This document shows positions 30,449-41,345 of a stretch of DNA of 64,000 nucleotides, in pieces. The stretch is from Deltaproteobacteria bacterium (GTDB lineage Bacteria > Myxococcota > Kuafuiibacteriia > Kuafuiibacteriales > Kuafuiibacteriaceae), in contig JAVJQW010000070.1 of NCBI GenBank assembly GCA_040218735.1, forward strand, positions 384,001-448,000. Reading direction: 5' to 3'. Below the pieces are notes generated by a model. The model searched no databases. It saw only the letters and a list, made by a program, of their open reading frames with translations, and was not told where the DNA came from. Position 1 is the stretch's first letter. Each line of letters starts with the position of its first letter. A program made the position numbers and the translations under genes.

Positions 30449-32335
30449 TCAGTCGGGCTCGGCCACTTCGGGATGAAGCGCACGGAACAGCGCCTTCGCC
30501 GCCTTCTCGCCGATTCCCGGCACGGCGGACAGCTCGGCCACCGAAGCGCCCTTCACGCGGGCCAGGCTCCCCAGGTGCGCCAGCAGCGCGCGTTTGCGCG
30601 CGGGCCCGATCCCCTTGATGTCGTCCAGCGAAGACTTCAGACGCGACTTCTGCCGCAGGTTTCGCTGGTAGGTGATCGCAAATCGGTGCGCCTCGTCCCG
30701 GATCCGCGCCAGGAGCAGCAGCTCCGGGGAGCGCTGCGACAGCACGATGGGATCCTTCGCCCCCAACGTGAAGACACGCTCCGCGGATCGGACCGGCGCC
30801 TCGTCCCGATCGATCCCCTCGACCCGGCTCTTCGCGAGCGAGATGAGATCCACCCCCTCCACGTCGAGATCCTTGAGCGCCGCGTTCGCCGACGCGAGCT
30901 GCCCCTTGCCGCCGTCGACCACGATGAGGTCCGGCAGATCCCGCTCGTGCTGCCCGCGCGCGAGGCGCCGCATCAGAACCTCGTACATCGACGCGAAGTC
31001 GTCCTGCCGCTCCGTCGACTTGATCCGGTACCGGCGATAGAGGCTCTTGTTCGGGAGCGCCCCCACGAACACCACGCGCGACGCGACGATCCCCTCCCCC
31101 TGGAAGTTCGAGATGTCGTAACACTCGATCCGCGCCGGCAACCGCCCGAGGCGCAGCTTCTTCCGCAGGCCGGTGAGCGTCCGCTCCAGTGCGCCGTTCT
31201 TGCGCCGCTGCTCGTGAAACCCGTGCTCCGCGTTCTCGGCCGCGAGCGCGACCAGCTGCACACGATCCCCGCGCTGCGGGTGCCAGACCCGGACCTTCTT
31301 GCCCCGCTTCTCGCTGAGGAGCTCCGCGAGGACTTCGCCGCCCTCCAACGGGATCGGCGTGAGCACCTCGTCCGGGACGACGACCTCCGCTTCGTAGCGG
31401 AGGAGGATCGTCTGCTCCAGCAGGTCGAGGTCGTTCGCGGAGGTCTGCTCGAAGAGGTTCGTCGAGATGTTCTGCGCGCGCCCGCCGCGCACCTCGACGA
31501 TCGCGACGCCGACGTCGTCCCCCTCGCGGTACAGGCCGAACACGTCCTGGTCGATCAGCGAGGCCGCCGCGACGTTCTGCTTCGCGAGGGTCTTCTGCAC
31601 CGCGCGCAGCTGGTCGCGGTAGTGCGCCGCGACCTCGTAGTCGGTGCGCTCCGCGGCTTCCCACATGCGCTGCTCGAGGCGACGCGCGAGCTGGTCGCCC
31701 TTGCCGTCGAGGAACATCAACACGTCGTCGACGTTCTCCTTGTACGCGTCGCGATCGATCTCGAAGACACACGGCGCCGGGCACCGACCGATCTGGTACT
31801 CCAGGCACGGGCGCGTGCGGTTGTAGAGCACCGAGTCGCGGCAGGTGCGGAGCTGGAAGTGCCGGTTCACGACGCGCAGCGTCTGCCGCGCCGCGGACGC
31901 GGAGTGGTAGGGGCCGAAGTACTTGGCGTCGTCCTTCTTCACGTTCCGGACGACCTGCACCCAGGGGTACTCGTGGTTCGGATCCACGCGCAGGCAGAGG
32001 TACTGCTTGTCGTCCTTCCAGATGACGTTGAAGCGCGGCTCGTAGCGCCGGATCATCTCGCGCTCGAGGAGCAGCGCCTCCTTCTCGTTGCGCGTGACGA
32101 CGGTCTCGACGTCGGCGAGCAACACACCGAGCAGCCCGATGAACGCGCGGTAGTCGCTGGTGCCTTCTTGGAAGTATTGCCGGACGCGGCTGTGGAGGTC
32201 CTTCGCCTTGCCGACGTAGATGACGTCGCCGGCGTCGTCCTTCATGAGGTACACGCCCGGCGAGTGCGGGAGCTCCTCGAGGCGTTCGAGCCACGCGGTG
32301 CGCGCGGTGCGCGGCTTTCGGGTGCGGCTCGCCAC
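30449..32335 (-). CDS. uvrC: Excinuclease ABC subunit C
   Basis: GIY-YIG motif PGVYLM...IYVGKAKDL.SRV; C-x11-C-x7-C-x3-C cluster; IECYDISN; VDGGKGQL; RDEAHRFAI; tandem HhH. Confidence 0.98.
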   Translation of the reverse strand: MASRTRKPRTARTAWLERLEELPHSPGVYLMKDDAGDVIYVGKAKDLHSRVRQYFQEGTSDYRAFIGLLGVLLADVETVVTRNEKEALLLEREMIRRYEPRFNVIWKDDKQYLCLRVDPNHEYPWVQVVRNVKKDDAKYFGPYHSASAARQTLRVVNRHFQLRTCRDSVLYNRTRPCLEYQIGRCPAPCVFEIDRDAYKENVDDVLMFLDGKGDQLARRLEQRMWEAAERTDYEVAAHYRDQLRAVQKTLAKQNVAAASLIDQDVFGLYREGDDVGVAIVEVRGGRAQNISTNLFEQTSANDLDLLEQTILLRYEAEVVVPDEVLTPIPLEGGEVLAELLSEKRGKKVRVWHPQRGDRVQLVALAAENAEHGFHEQRRKNGALERTLTGLRKKLRLGRLPARIECYDISNFQGEGIVASRVVFVGALPNKSLYRRYRIKSTERQDDFASMYEVLMRRLARGQHERDLPDLIVVDGGKGQLASANAALKDLDVEGVDLISLAKSRVEGIDRDEAPVRSAERVFTLGAKDPIVLSQRSPELLLLARIRDEAHRFAITYQRNLRQKSRLKSSLDDIKGIGPARKRALLAHLGSLARVKGASVAELSAVPGIGEKAAKALFRALHPEVAEPD

Positions 32336-32368
32336 GGCGGGCGATCATACCGATCGATCGCCCGCCGT
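32334..32368. promoter_or_regulatory. Perfect 13-bp inverted repeat over the uvrC -10 box and start codon
   Basis: ACGGCGGGCGATC-N9-GATCGCCCGCCGT; minus-strand TATGAT at 32349-32344. Confidence 0.6.
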
Positions 32369-32388
32369 CCCCGATGTTTATGCGGTGC

Positions 32389-35343
32389 TCACGGCGACCA
32401 CTGGGCGGCGTGTTCGAAGCCGTTGGTGTTCGCCTGGGTCAGCGGAAACGGCGTCCCCGGTGCGCCGGTCACGGGATCGAGCGGGAGCAGGTAGAGGTCC
32501 CAGCTCCCGAGGCCCCCGGGGCGCGTGCTGGCGAACGACAGGTGGGTCCCGTCCCGCGCCCACGTCGGGTACGAGCTCGCGCCGACGTTGCCGTTCGCCG
32601 CGTCGAGGGTGAGGACCTCCCCGCTGTTGTCGGCGCGTACCAGACGAACGCGCGCGTCGGCCGCCGAGAACGAGCTCTCCCCGCTCGCGCTCTGCGTGAA
32701 CGCGATCCACTGACCGTTCGGCGAGAACGCCGGATAGTAGTTCGCCTGTCCGTTGCTGCTCGCGCCCGCGAGCGCGGTGACCGCGCCGCCGTCCTCGGGG
32801 ACCACGAAGAGGTTCGCCTGTCCGCTCACGACGGGGCCGCTGCCGCCGTCCGCGGAGACAAACGCGATCGTCCCGTCCGGGCCCCACGACGGCATCGTCG
32901 CGTAGCCGACGTCGGCGGGCGTGACGGTGCCCAGCTCCCCTGTGAAGAGCGACGCCTTTTCGACGCCGCCACCCGTCGCGTAGACGAACTGGTACGGCGG
33001 GTCGGTCTCGACGTTCGGGTTCCAGGACACGTACTGGCCGTCGGAGAGTGACAGCGGCGCGAGGAACTCGGACTTCGTCTCCGCGTCGTAGAACTTCAGC
33101 ACCCAGCTCTGCGCGGTGATCGCGACGAAGCGCCCGTCGGGCGACACCGCGTGGCAGCCCGCGCAGTCCTCGTTGCCCGCCTCGGGCCCGGCGAACGGCT
33201 CCACCGTCAAGTCACCTTGCAATGGCTGGCGGCGGATGTTGCTCCCGATCCCCGCGGGGTCGATGTGCCAGAAGTACAGGAACCGCCCCGCGCTCGGCGG
33301 GACGATCGACGGGCCGCCCGTGACGCGTACGTCGATCGAGGGACGCACCGGGTCGTCCGACACGACCTCGATGATCGCGGTGTCCCCCGCGTTGTCGAGC
33401 GGCGCGTAGCGGACGTCGATCGTGTGGGTGTCTCCGGCGTCGAGCACGAGGGGCAGCGTCGGCGACGTGACGATCGAGATCTCCGGGTCGGCGCGCGTCC
33501 AGCTCAGCTGCGTGACCGTCACGGGGAACGAGCCACACGCGCGCAGCGTGAACGACTGCGTGGCCTCGGTCTGCACCTCGCCGAAGTCCACGTTCGTCGG
33601 CTCGATGCACAGGCCCGACGCGCCACCGAAGGCCGTCACGGGGACCTCGACCGGGTCCACGTCCTCGTCGGTCGACGTGACCACCACGGTGCCCATCGCG
33701 ATGCCCTCGGCGGTGGGTGAGAACCTCAGGCGGTACGGCGTGCTCCCGGCTTCGACCGTGAAGGCCGGATCGGAGCCTTCCTTCATCGTGATCGTGTCGA
33801 CACAGTCGACCGCTTCGAACCCGACGACGCGGGAGGTGCCCGGCGCGACGGCGCCGAACCGCAGCGACGACGGCTCCACCCTCAGCGTGCTGCACTCGAT
33901 CGGCTCGATCGGGCCGGTCGATCCCGTGATCGGGACGATCTTGTCGGTCAGCGTTGCGGTGGCGTCGTCGGCCGGTCGGTAGCTCAGCTTCAGGTCGGCG
34001 GTGACACCCTCGTCCATCGGAGCCGCGCCGAAGAAGACGTGCGCGAGGAGCGTGTCACCGGAGGCGAGCGTCTCCGGCACCCGATCCTCCTCCAGGAAGA
34101 ACGCGCCGTTCGGATCGTCGAGGGTGAGGGCGTCGATCGCGCAGGCCTCACCGCCGAGGTTGGAGAAGGTGACGGTACCGCGGCCATCGAAGATCGAGAT
34201 CGACAGCTGCGTCGGGAACGCCTCGATCTGGCAGCCCGCCGAAGTGCCGGTGAGGGGCGCGGTCGCGGTGCCCCGGTCGGCGCGGACGCGGAAGCGGCCG
34301 GTGGTCTCGCCCTCGAGCGTCGGTGCGTAGCGGATCTTCGCGGTGTACGCGATGCCTTCGATCGCCGGGAGGTCGACCGGCTCGGACGGCGCGTTGACGA
34401 CGCTGTACGGTCCACCTTCGCCGAGGATCTCCATCGCCTCGATGCGCACCGTCTCGCCGCCGGAGCCGCAGTTGGCGATCTCGATGGTCCCCTCGCGCTC
34501 CTGGCCGACGCCGACGTTGCCGAAGTCGAGGGTCTTCGGATTCAGGCACAGCCAGGCCTCCGCGCCGTTCCCCTCGATGGTGGTGGTCGTGGTGCCCCGG
34601 TCGGGATCGTTCGAGCTCACGACGAGCGCGCCGGTCGCAGCGAGCTGTTGCACGGGTGCGTAGCGCACGGTGACGACGTGCTGCGCGCCGACGGGGAGCG
34701 TGAAGGACGTCGAGGCGGTCTCGATCGTGAACGCACCATCGGTCGCGTCACTCAGCGCGAGCGCGCTGACCTGCACCGGGTCGGTGCCCTCGCTGCGTAG
34801 GACGATCTTCGCGGTCGAGGTCTCCTGAACGTTGACGTCGCCGAAGTCGAGCTCCGCCGGATCCGGGCAGCGGAGCGAAAGCGGGATGTCCTCGCTCTCG
34901 AGGCAGGTCACGAGGACGGGGCCCTGACGACGATCGCCGCGGACCTCGACGGTCACTTCGGGCGTCTCGGGGTCGTCGGAGACGATGCGCAGCGCGGCGG
35001 TGACCACGTCCAGCGACGACGGCGTGAACGCGACGACGAAGCGGGAGGCCTCGCCGGCCTCGATGACGTCCGGCATGGACTCGACGTCGACGAGCGTAAA
35101 GTCGCCGGATGGGTTCGCGGTCCAGTCGATCTGGGAGATGTCGAGGGCGAAGTCCCCCGCGTTGGTGACGGTGAGAATCCGTTCGGCGCGCACGCCGCGC
35201 GGAACGGTGTCGAAGACGACGGGGTTCGGTGTCACCTCGATCTTGGGCCGACGGGACGTGATCCCGGCGGAGTCCTGACAACTCACGAGCGCCAACAAGA
35301 CGAGCGGGGGGAGGAGCAAAGAGAGACGCTTTTGGTACGACAC
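32389..35343 (-). CDS. Lipoprotein with multiple choice-of-anchor D/ASH-type Ig domains and a TolB-like (PD40) beta-propeller carrying CxxCH
   Basis: Lipobox LVSC; repeated P..LDFG.V...I.N.G...L.I...S.DP modules; propeller blades (PSWGPDG, YPAFSPNG, YPTWARDG); CAGCHAVSPDG; AAAGGA before GTG 35343. Confidence 0.82.
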   Translation of the reverse strand: MSYQKRLSLLLPPLVLLALVSCQDSAGITSRRPKIEVTPNPVVFDTVPRGVRAERILTVTNAGDFALDISQIDWTANPSGDFTLVDVESMPDVIEAGEASRFVVAFTPSSLDVVTAALRIVSDDPETPEVTVEVRGDRRQGPVLVTCLESEDIPLSLRCPDPAELDFGDVNVQETSTAKIVLRSEGTDPVQVSALALSDATDGAFTIETASTSFTLPVGAQHVVTVRYAPVQQLAATGALVVSSNDPDRGTTTTTIEGNGAEAWLCLNPKTLDFGNVGVGQEREGTIEIANCGSGGETVRIEAMEILGEGGPYSVVNAPSEPVDLPAIEGIAYTAKIRYAPTLEGETTGRFRVRADRGTATAPLTGTSAGCQIEAFPTQLSISIFDGRGTVTFSNLGGEACAIDALTLDDPNGAFFLEEDRVPETLASGDTLLAHVFFGAAPMDEGVTADLKLSYRPADDATATLTDKIVPITGSTGPIEPIECSTLRVEPSSLRFGAVAPGTSRVVGFEAVDCVDTITMKEGSDPAFTVEAGSTPYRLRFSPTAEGIAMGTVVVTSTDEDVDPVEVPVTAFGGASGLCIEPTNVDFGEVQTEATQSFTLRACGSFPVTVTQLSWTRADPEISIVTSPTLPLVLDAGDTHTIDVRYAPLDNAGDTAIIEVVSDDPVRPSIDVRVTGGPSIVPPSAGRFLYFWHIDPAGIGSNIRRQPLQGDLTVEPFAGPEAGNEDCAGCHAVSPDGRFVAITAQSWVLKFYDAETKSEFLAPLSLSDGQYVSWNPNVETDPPYQFVYATGGGVEKASLFTGELGTVTPADVGYATMPSWGPDGTIAFVSADGGSGPVVSGQANLFVVPEDGGAVTALAGASSNGQANYYPAFSPNGQWIAFTQSASGESSFSAADARVRLVRADNSGEVLTLDAANGNVGASSYPTWARDGTHLSFASTRPGGLGSWDLYLLPLDPVTGAPGTPFPLTQANTNGFEHAAQWSP

Positions 35344-35476
35344 GGTCGAAGTTCCTTTCGAACGCACCCGTGGATTCGGGCGGGGCATCCGAAAGGTCGT
35401 GGCCGCGAATCGAGGCACCCTTCCCGATTTTTCTTCGCGTCGAGTGGGTCAGGCGACTCGTTGTCCAACTCGGCTG

Positions 35477-35959
35477 TCAGAACGGCAGCTGCAGGCCGGC
35501 GTGTCTGGCTTCGTGGTCGAGGAGCCAGCGCTTCACTTTCACGCCGCCGCCGAACCCCGTGAGGCTCCCGTTCGCGCCGAGGACTCGATGACACGGGACG
35601 ATGATGGGGATGGGGTTCTTGCCATTCGCGGCGCCGACGGCGCGCGTCGCGGTGGGTCGGCCGATCGCCCTCGCCTGCTCCGCGTAGCTGCGCGTCGTCG
35701 CGTACGGAATCTCGACGAGCGCGTTCCAAGCGAGGCGCTGAAATTCGGTGCCGTCGAGCTCGAACGGAGTCTCGAATTTTTGAAGGGCGCCTTCGAAATA
35801 AGCTCGCAACTCATGCACCGCTGCGCGCAAGACAGGATGGTCGGTCGGCCCCGTCACGGGTTCCTCGACACGGTTCGGGAGGTCGACGCGGGTGACCGCG
35901 CGTTCGTTCGCTTCGACGCGCAGCGGTCCGATCGGTGATTCGACGACGACGTGGTTCAT
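35477..35959 (-). CDS. ogt: Methylated-DNA--protein-cysteine methyltransferase
   Basis: SPIG, GTEFQ..W, IPY..T.SY, RAVGAANGKNP, active site PCHRV. Confidence 0.96.
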   Translation of the reverse strand: MNHVVVESPIGPLRVEANERAVTRVDLPNRVEEPVTGPTDHPVLRAAVHELRAYFEGALQKFETPFELDGTEFQRLAWNALVEIPYATTRSYAEQARAIGRPTATRAVGAANGKNPIPIIVPCHRVLGANGSLTGFGGGVKVKRWLLDHEARHAGLQLPF

Positions 35960-35961
35960 GG

Positions 35962-37383
35962 TCAGCTCTCTTTCGCGGTGGCCGGTGTCGACCACAGATA
36001 CATCGCGGCGTAGGCGCGCCACGGTCGCCACCCTTCGGCGCGGTCTGTCGATCCGCGCGCCGTCTTCACCGCGAGCGCCTTCATGATCCCCAGGTCGGCG
36101 GCGGGGAACGCGTCGGGGTGGTGAAGGACCCGCATCGCGGCGTAGGACGCGGTCCACGGACCGACGCCGGGGATTACGAGGAGCGCCTCGGTGAAGCGCT
36201 CCGCGTCGGTGGTCGCGAAGACGCCGTCGACCGCGGCGCGCGCCACGGCGCGGAGGGTGTCGGCGCGTTTCTTGGGGAGGCCCACTGCGCGCGCGATACC
36301 GGTGGCGCGCGCGATGCGCTCCGGGCTCGGGAAGCGGTGGGACAGCGGACCGTCGCCAACGCGTTCGCCGTAGCGCTCCACGAACCTGCCGGCGAGCGTG
36401 GTCGCGCCTTTGACGGAGACCTGCTGCCCGAGCACGGTGCGGACGAGCGTCTCGAAGGGATCGAACGCGCCGGGGATGCGCAAGCCGGGTTGCGCGGCGA
36501 CAGCCGCGGCGAGCGTCGTGTCAGCGCCGAGGCGCTCGGCGATCGCGTCGGGTCGTGCGTCGAGGTCGAAGAGCGAGCGGACGCGCGCCACGATCGGCAT
36601 GAGGTGCGGCATCAGCGCGCCGGACACCGCAACCCGCAGCGCGGCGCGTTTCGGATCGAGCGCGACGCGAACCGTCCCGACGTCGTCACCGAAGGCGACA
36701 ACGCGCGCGTAGCCGTCGTCGACCTGCTCCACCCCCGGGATCGCGCGTACGCGGAGGAAGTCGAGGAGCGCTCCCCACGCGAGCGGCGGACGGAAGTCGA
36801 GCCGCAGCGTCTCGTCGGTGCCCCGCGGGGCACGGCGGCGGACCTCGGAGGGCGGCATCGCGAAGCGCTCCGCGAACGACGCGTTGAAGCGACGCACACT
36901 CGAGAACCCGGCGGCGAACGCGACGTCGGCGAGCGACATGGAGGTGTCCTGGAGGAGCTGCTTCGCGAGCGCGAGCCGGCGCGTCTGCGCGAGCTCCACG
37001 GGTGTCACGCCGAGCGCCTCGTTCGTCGCGCGGCGGAGGTGCCGCGCCGTCACGCCGAGCCGGTCCGCCAGGTCATCCACGCCGTGGTCGTTGAGGAACC
37101 CGGCGTCGACGTGGGCGACGGCGTTGCGCACGAGGCGATCGGTGGCGTCGATGGTCGCCGAGCCGGGCGCCAACTCCGGGCGGCAGACAAAACAAGCCCG
37201 AAAGCCGGCTTGCTCGGCGAGGGCGCTGGACCGGTAGAAGGTGCAGCGGTCGCGGCGAGGCGTGCGCGCCGTGCAGACGGGGCGGCAGTAGATCCCGGTG
37301 GTCTCGACGCCGACGAAGAACAGCCCGTCGAACCGCCGGTCCTTGGCGGCGAGCGCGCGGTAACAGACGTCGGCGTCGAACAT
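35962..37383 (-). CDS. alkA: Ada Zn-binding/AraC domain fused to AlkA DNA-3-methyladenine glycosylase
   Basis: TGIYCRPVC, GFRACFVCRP, AraC HTH (AGFSSVRRFN), LGQQVSV, HhH IPGVGPWTA, PDAFPAADL. Confidence 0.94.
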   Translation of the reverse strand: MFDADVCYRALAAKDRRFDGLFFVGVETTGIYCRPVCTARTPRRDRCTFYRSSALAEQAGFRACFVCRPELAPGSATIDATDRLVRNAVAHVDAGFLNDHGVDDLADRLGVTARHLRRATNEALGVTPVELAQTRRLALAKQLLQDTSMSLADVAFAAGFSSVRRFNASFAERFAMPPSEVRRRAPRGTDETLRLDFRPPLAWGALLDFLRVRAIPGVEQVDDGYARVVAFGDDVGTVRVALDPKRAALRVAVSGALMPHLMPIVARVRSLFDLDARPDAIAERLGADTTLAAAVAAQPGLRIPGAFDPFETLVRTVLGQQVSVKGATTLAGRFVERYGERVGDGPLSHRFPSPERIARATGIARAVGLPKKRADTLRAVARAAVDGVFATTDAERFTEALLVIPGVGPWTASYAAMRVLHHPDAFPAADLGIMKALAVKTARGSTDRAEGWRPWRAYAAMYLWSTPATAKES

Positions 37384-37480
37384 CGTGGCCGCAGGAGTAC
37401 CGCGACGGGGCCCGGGCGTCTGGCCGTTTTCGGACGTGGGTGCGAAGTTGGTGCGGGGGGCGCGGACCTTCGACTGGGCC

Positions 37481-37517
37481 GGGCCCCGGACCGGTACCAG
37501 GACCCGGACCGGGGCCC
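37481..37517. repeat. Palindromic dispersed repeat related to the 11.3-kb repeat unit
   Basis: GGGCCCCGG...CCGGGGCCC; the reverse complement of 37490-37516 matches 11337-11363 at 25 of 27 nt. Confidence 0.75.
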
Positions 37518-37534
37518 TGTGCTGGAGCACGGGC

Positions 37535-38296
37535 CTAGACGAACATCCCGCCCGACGCCTCGATGCGCTGCCCGTTCACCCACGCGGTGTCGCCCGCGAA
37601 GAGCGCCGCGACGGCGCCGCCGATGTCGTCCGGCTTGCCGGCGCGGCCGAGCGCGGTCAGCGACGCGACCCAGGCGTTGACCTCCGGGTTGTCGCGGATG
37701 CCGCCGCCGCCGAAGTCGGTCTCGATGGCGCCGGGCGCGAGGGTGTTGACGGTGATCTGACGCTCGCCGAGCTCCTTGGCGAGGTACCGCGTGAACACCT
37801 CGATCCCGCCCTTCATCGACGCGTACGCCGCGTAGCCCGGCAGCGCGAAGCGCGCGAGTCCGCTCGAGATGTTCACGATGCGGCCGCCGTCCGCCATGAG
37901 GCCGAGCAGCTTCTGGGTGAGGAAAAACGGCGCCTTCAGGTGAATCGCCACCAGGCGGTCGAAGTCGGCTTCCTTGATCTCGGTGATCGGCGCGCTGTGC
38001 GCGACACCCGCGTTGTTCATCAGGAAGTCGAACGTGTCTCGCCCGAAGGTCTCCTTCAGGCCCGCGCCGACCGCCCCGGCGAAGTCCGAGAAGGACGCGC
38101 TGTTACTCACGTCGAGCTGCAGGACGAGCGCCTTCGCGCCGGCCGCTTCGACCTCCGCCTTCATCGACTCCGCGGCTTCGCGGTTGGTGTTGTAGGTCCC
38201 GATGATGTTCACACCGCGGCGTGCAAGGTGCAGCGCCGAGCTTCGACCGAGCCCGCGGCTCGCTCCGGTGATGAGTGCGATCTTGTGGTTGGTCAT
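37535..38296 (-). CDS. Short-chain dehydrogenase/reductase
   Basis: TGASRGLG, NNAG, NISS, YASMK (YxxxK), NTLAPG.IETD. Confidence 0.96.
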   Translation of the reverse strand: MTNHKIALITGASRGLGRSSALHLARRGVNIIGTYNTNREAAESMKAEVEAAGAKALVLQLDVSNSASFSDFAGAVGAGLKETFGRDTFDFLMNNAGVAHSAPITEIKEADFDRLVAIHLKAPFFLTQKLLGLMADGGRIVNISSGLARFALPGYAAYASMKGGIEVFTRYLAKELGERQITVNTLAPGAIETDFGGGGIRDNPEVNAWVASLTALGRAGKPDDIGGAVAALFAGDTAWVNGQRIEASGGMFV

Positions 38297-38381
38297 GGGT
38301 TCTCGTTGCCTCCGGGAGCGAACCTACGCATCGATGCGTTTCGAACAAACCAGCATTCTTGGTAAGAACTGTTAACGAATC

Positions 38382-39275
38382 TTGGACAATCTAGAGACAA
38401 TGCGAATCTACGCCCGCGTGGCGGAGCTCAAGAGTTTCACGCAGGCCGCGGAGAGCCTGGGCCTCCCGAAGGCCACGGTCTCCCACGCGGTGCAGGCCCT
38501 CGAAGCGCGGCTCGGCGTGCAGCTCCTCCACCGAACGACGCGCCGCGTGCGTGTCACGCCGGACGGCGCCGCGTACTACGAGCGTGTGAAGGACCTGCTC
38601 TTCGACTTCGACGAGCTGGAGCAGACCTTCTCCAACCCCGACCAACCGCTGAAGGGGCGCATCCGCGTCGACATGCCCAGCCGCATGGCCCGCCTCACCG
38701 TCATCCCGCGCCTCCCGGAGTTCCTCGCGCTGCACCCCGAGATCACCGTGGAGCTCGGCGCGACCGATCGCATGGTGGACCTCGTCCGCGAGGGCTACGA
38801 CTGCGTCGTCCGCGTCGGTGAGCTTTCGAGCTCAGGGCTCGTCGCGAAGCGCATCGGCGAGATGCCGCTCGTGAACTGCGCGAGCCCCGCCTACCTCGAG
38901 CGCTACGGGCGACCGCGCCGCCTCAAGGATCTCGACAAACACCAGATGGTCCACTTCGTCGGCACGCTCGGCGGCCGGCCGGAGGGGTTCTGGTACGAGA
39001 AGGACGGCGAGTACGTCTCCTACGACGTCCCCGGGCGCGTGCAGGTCAACAACGCCGAAAACTTCGTCGCGGCGTGTGAGGCGGGCCTCGGGATCATCCA
39101 GTCCCCGCTCCTCAGCATCGACCCGCACCTCGAGGACGGTCGCCTCGTCGAGGTCCTCCCCCGCCTGCGCGCGGAGCCGATGCCGATCTCGCTGGTGTTC
39201 CCGCAGCGCCGCAACCTCTCGCGTCGCGTGCGGGCGTTCATGGACTGGGTTACCCCCGTGATTCAGGGGCGCTGA
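38382..39275 (+). CDS. LysR-family regulator (CrgA-like), divergent from the SDR gene
   Basis: [17 protein letters not shown]...LE.RLGV.LL.RTTR; [12 protein letters not shown]; ASPAYL. Confidence 0.96.
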   Translation: MDNLETMRIYARVAELKSFTQAAESLGLPKATVSHAVQALEARLGVQLLHRTTRRVRVTPDGAAYYERVKDLLFDFDELEQTFSNPDQPLKGRIRVDMPSRMARLTVIPRLPEFLALHPEITVELGATDRMVDLVREGYDCVVRVGELSSSGLVAKRIGEMPLVNCASPAYLERYGRPRRLKDLDKHQMVHFVGTLGGRPEGFWYEKDGEYVSYDVPGRVQVNNAENFVAACEAGLGIIQSPLLSIDPHLEDGRLVEVLPRLRAEPMPISLVFPQRRNLSRRVRAFMDWVTPVIQGR

Positions 39276-41338
39276 CCGCTCCGACGTCCACCACCCCGGC
39301 GCGAGCCCTTCTTCTTCTTCGGCGCGATCAGCGTGGGCGCACCGACCCCGAGGTCGGCGCTCTCGATCGCGCGCACCCGATCACGAAGCTCCGCCGCGGT
39401 CTCGAAGTCGAGCTCCTTCGCGGCATTCATCATCTGCTTCTTCAGGTCCTTGATGACCTTGGGCAACTCCGCCTTGTCGTAGACCTTCCCGTCGATCTCG
39501 ATCTCACCGTCGTCGCCGAACACCGTCAGCTCCGTCCTGAAGCCGGCGAGCTGCCGCAGATCGCGGATCTGCTTCTTCACCGTCTGCGGCGTGATGTTGT
39601 GCTCGACGTTGTACGCCTCCTGCTTTTCCCGCCGACGGTTCGTCTCGTCGATCGCCGCGCGCATCGACTCCGTGATCGTGTCCGCGAACATGATCACCTT
39701 GCCGTTCACGTTGCGCGCGGCGCGGCCGATCGTCTGGATGAGCGACTTCTCTGCGCGGAGGAAGCCCTCCTTGTCCGCATCGAGGATCGCGACGAGCGAC
39801 ACCTCCGGGAGGTCGAGCCCCTCACGCAGCAGGTTGATGCCCACGAGGACGTCGAACGTACCGAGCCGCAGGTCACGCAGGATGTCGGCGCGCTCCATCG
39901 TGTCGACGTCGGAGTGGAGGTACTGCACCCGAACGCCGAGGTCCGCGTAGTACTCCGTCAGGTCCTCTGCCATGCGCTTGGTGAGCACCGTGACGAGCAC
40001 GCGCTCGTTCTTCTTCGCGCGGACGCGGATCTCTTCGAGCAGCTCGTCGACCTGGTGCCCCGCGGGGCGCACCTCGATCTCGGGATCGAGCAGCCCCGTC
40101 GGCCGGATGATCTGCTCGACGAACACCCCCTCGGTGCGCTCCAGCTCGTAGTCCGCCGGCGTCGCGGAGACGTAGACGACCTGTTTCAGCCGCTGCTCGA
40201 ACTCCGGGAACTTCAGCGGCCGGTTGTCGCGCGCCGAGGGGAGCCGGAAGCCGAACTCCACGAGGGTGTCCTTGCGCGCGCGGTCGCCGCGGAACATCGC
40301 GCCGACCTGCGGGACCGTCTGGTGGCTCTCGTCGATCACCATCAGGAAGTCCTCGGGGAAGTAGTCGAGGAGCGTCGGCGGCGGCTCGCCCTCTTTGCGG
40401 AGCGACAGGTGCCGCGAGTAGTTCTCGATGCCCTTCACCATCCCGACGGTCTCGAGCATCTCCAGGTCGTAGATCGTGCGTTGCTCGAGCCGCTGCGCTT
40501 CGACGAGCTTCGAGTCCCCCTCGAGCTCCTGCAGGCGGAACCGCAGCTCCTCTTCGATCGACTTCAGCGCGAGCGCGCGCCGCTCCGGCGGCGTGACGTA
40601 GTGGCTCGCGGGGAACATACGGATCTTCTCGAGGTCCCGGATGGCCCGCCCGCGCAGCGGGTCGACCTCGCGGATGGCCTCGAGCTCGTCGCCGAACCAC
40701 TCGAAGCGCAGCGCGTGTTCGTCCTCGTAGACCGGGAACACCTCGACGACGTCGCCGCGCACGCGGAACATGCCGCGGGCGAAGTCCATGTCGTTGCGTT
40801 CGTACTGCAGCTCGACGAGGCGGCGCAGGACGTCGTCGCGTTCGATGGACTGCCCGGGCTCGAGGTCGAGCGTCATGCCCTCGTACACCTCGGACGCGCC
40901 GATGCCGTAGATGCAGCTCACGGACGCGACGACGAGGACATCGTTGCGCTCGAGGAGCGACCGCGTGGCCGAGTGGCGCATGCGATCGATCTCGTCGTTG
41001 ATGAGCGAATCCTTCTCGATGTACGTGTCCGTCGTCGGGACGTACGCCTCGGGCTGGTAGTAGTCGTAGTAGCTGACGAAGTACTCGATGGCGTTGTTCG
41101 GGAAGAGCTCCTTGAACTCCCCGTACAGCTGCGCGGCCAACGTCTTGTTGTGGACGAGCACCAGCGTCGGGCGCTGCACCTGCTCCACGACGTTCGCGAT
41201 CGTGAACGTCTTGCCGGTGCCGGTCGCGCCGAGGAGCAGCTGGTGTTTGTCGCCGTTTTCGAGGCCCGCGACGAGCTGACGGATCGCTTCGGGCTGGTCC
41301 CCCATCGGGGACAGCTCGGTGACGAGCTCGAACTTCAC
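39263..41338 (-). CDS. uvrB: Excinuclease ABC subunit B
   Basis: [53 protein letters not shown]-terminal UVR domain. GTG 41338 chosen to avoid overlap with the upstream gene. Confidence 0.98.
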   Translation of the reverse strand: MKFELVTELSPMGDQPEAIRQLVAGLENGDKHQLLLGATGTGKTFTIANVVEQVQRPTLVLVHNKTLAAQLYGEFKELFPNNAIEYFVSYYDYYQPEAYVPTTDTYIEKDSLINDEIDRMRHSATRSLLERNDVLVVASVSCIYGIGASEVYEGMTLDLEPGQSIERDDVLRRLVELQYERNDMDFARGMFRVRGDVVEVFPVYEDEHALRFEWFGDELEAIREVDPLRGRAIRDLEKIRMFPASHYVTPPERRALALKSIEEELRFRLQELEGDSKLVEAQRLEQRTIYDLEMLETVGMVKGIENYSRHLSLRKEGEPPPTLLDYFPEDFLMVIDESHQTVPQVGAMFRGDRARKDTLVEFGFRLPSARDNRPLKFPEFEQRLKQVVYVSATPADYELERTEGVFVEQIIRPTGLLDPEIEVRPAGHQVDELLEEIRVRAKKNERVLVTVLTKRMAEDLTEYYADLGVRVQYLHSDVDTMERADILRDLRLGTFDVLVGINLLREGLDLPEVSLVAILDADKEGFLRAEKSLIQTIGRAARNVNGKVIMFADTITESMRAAIDETNRRREKQEAYNVEHNITPQTVKKQIRDLRQLAGFRTELTVFGDDGEIEIDGKVYDKAELPKVIKDLKKQMMNAAKELDFETAAELRDRVRAIESADLGVGAPTLIAPKKKKGSRRGGGRRSGQRP

Positions 41339-41345
41339 CCGGGGA

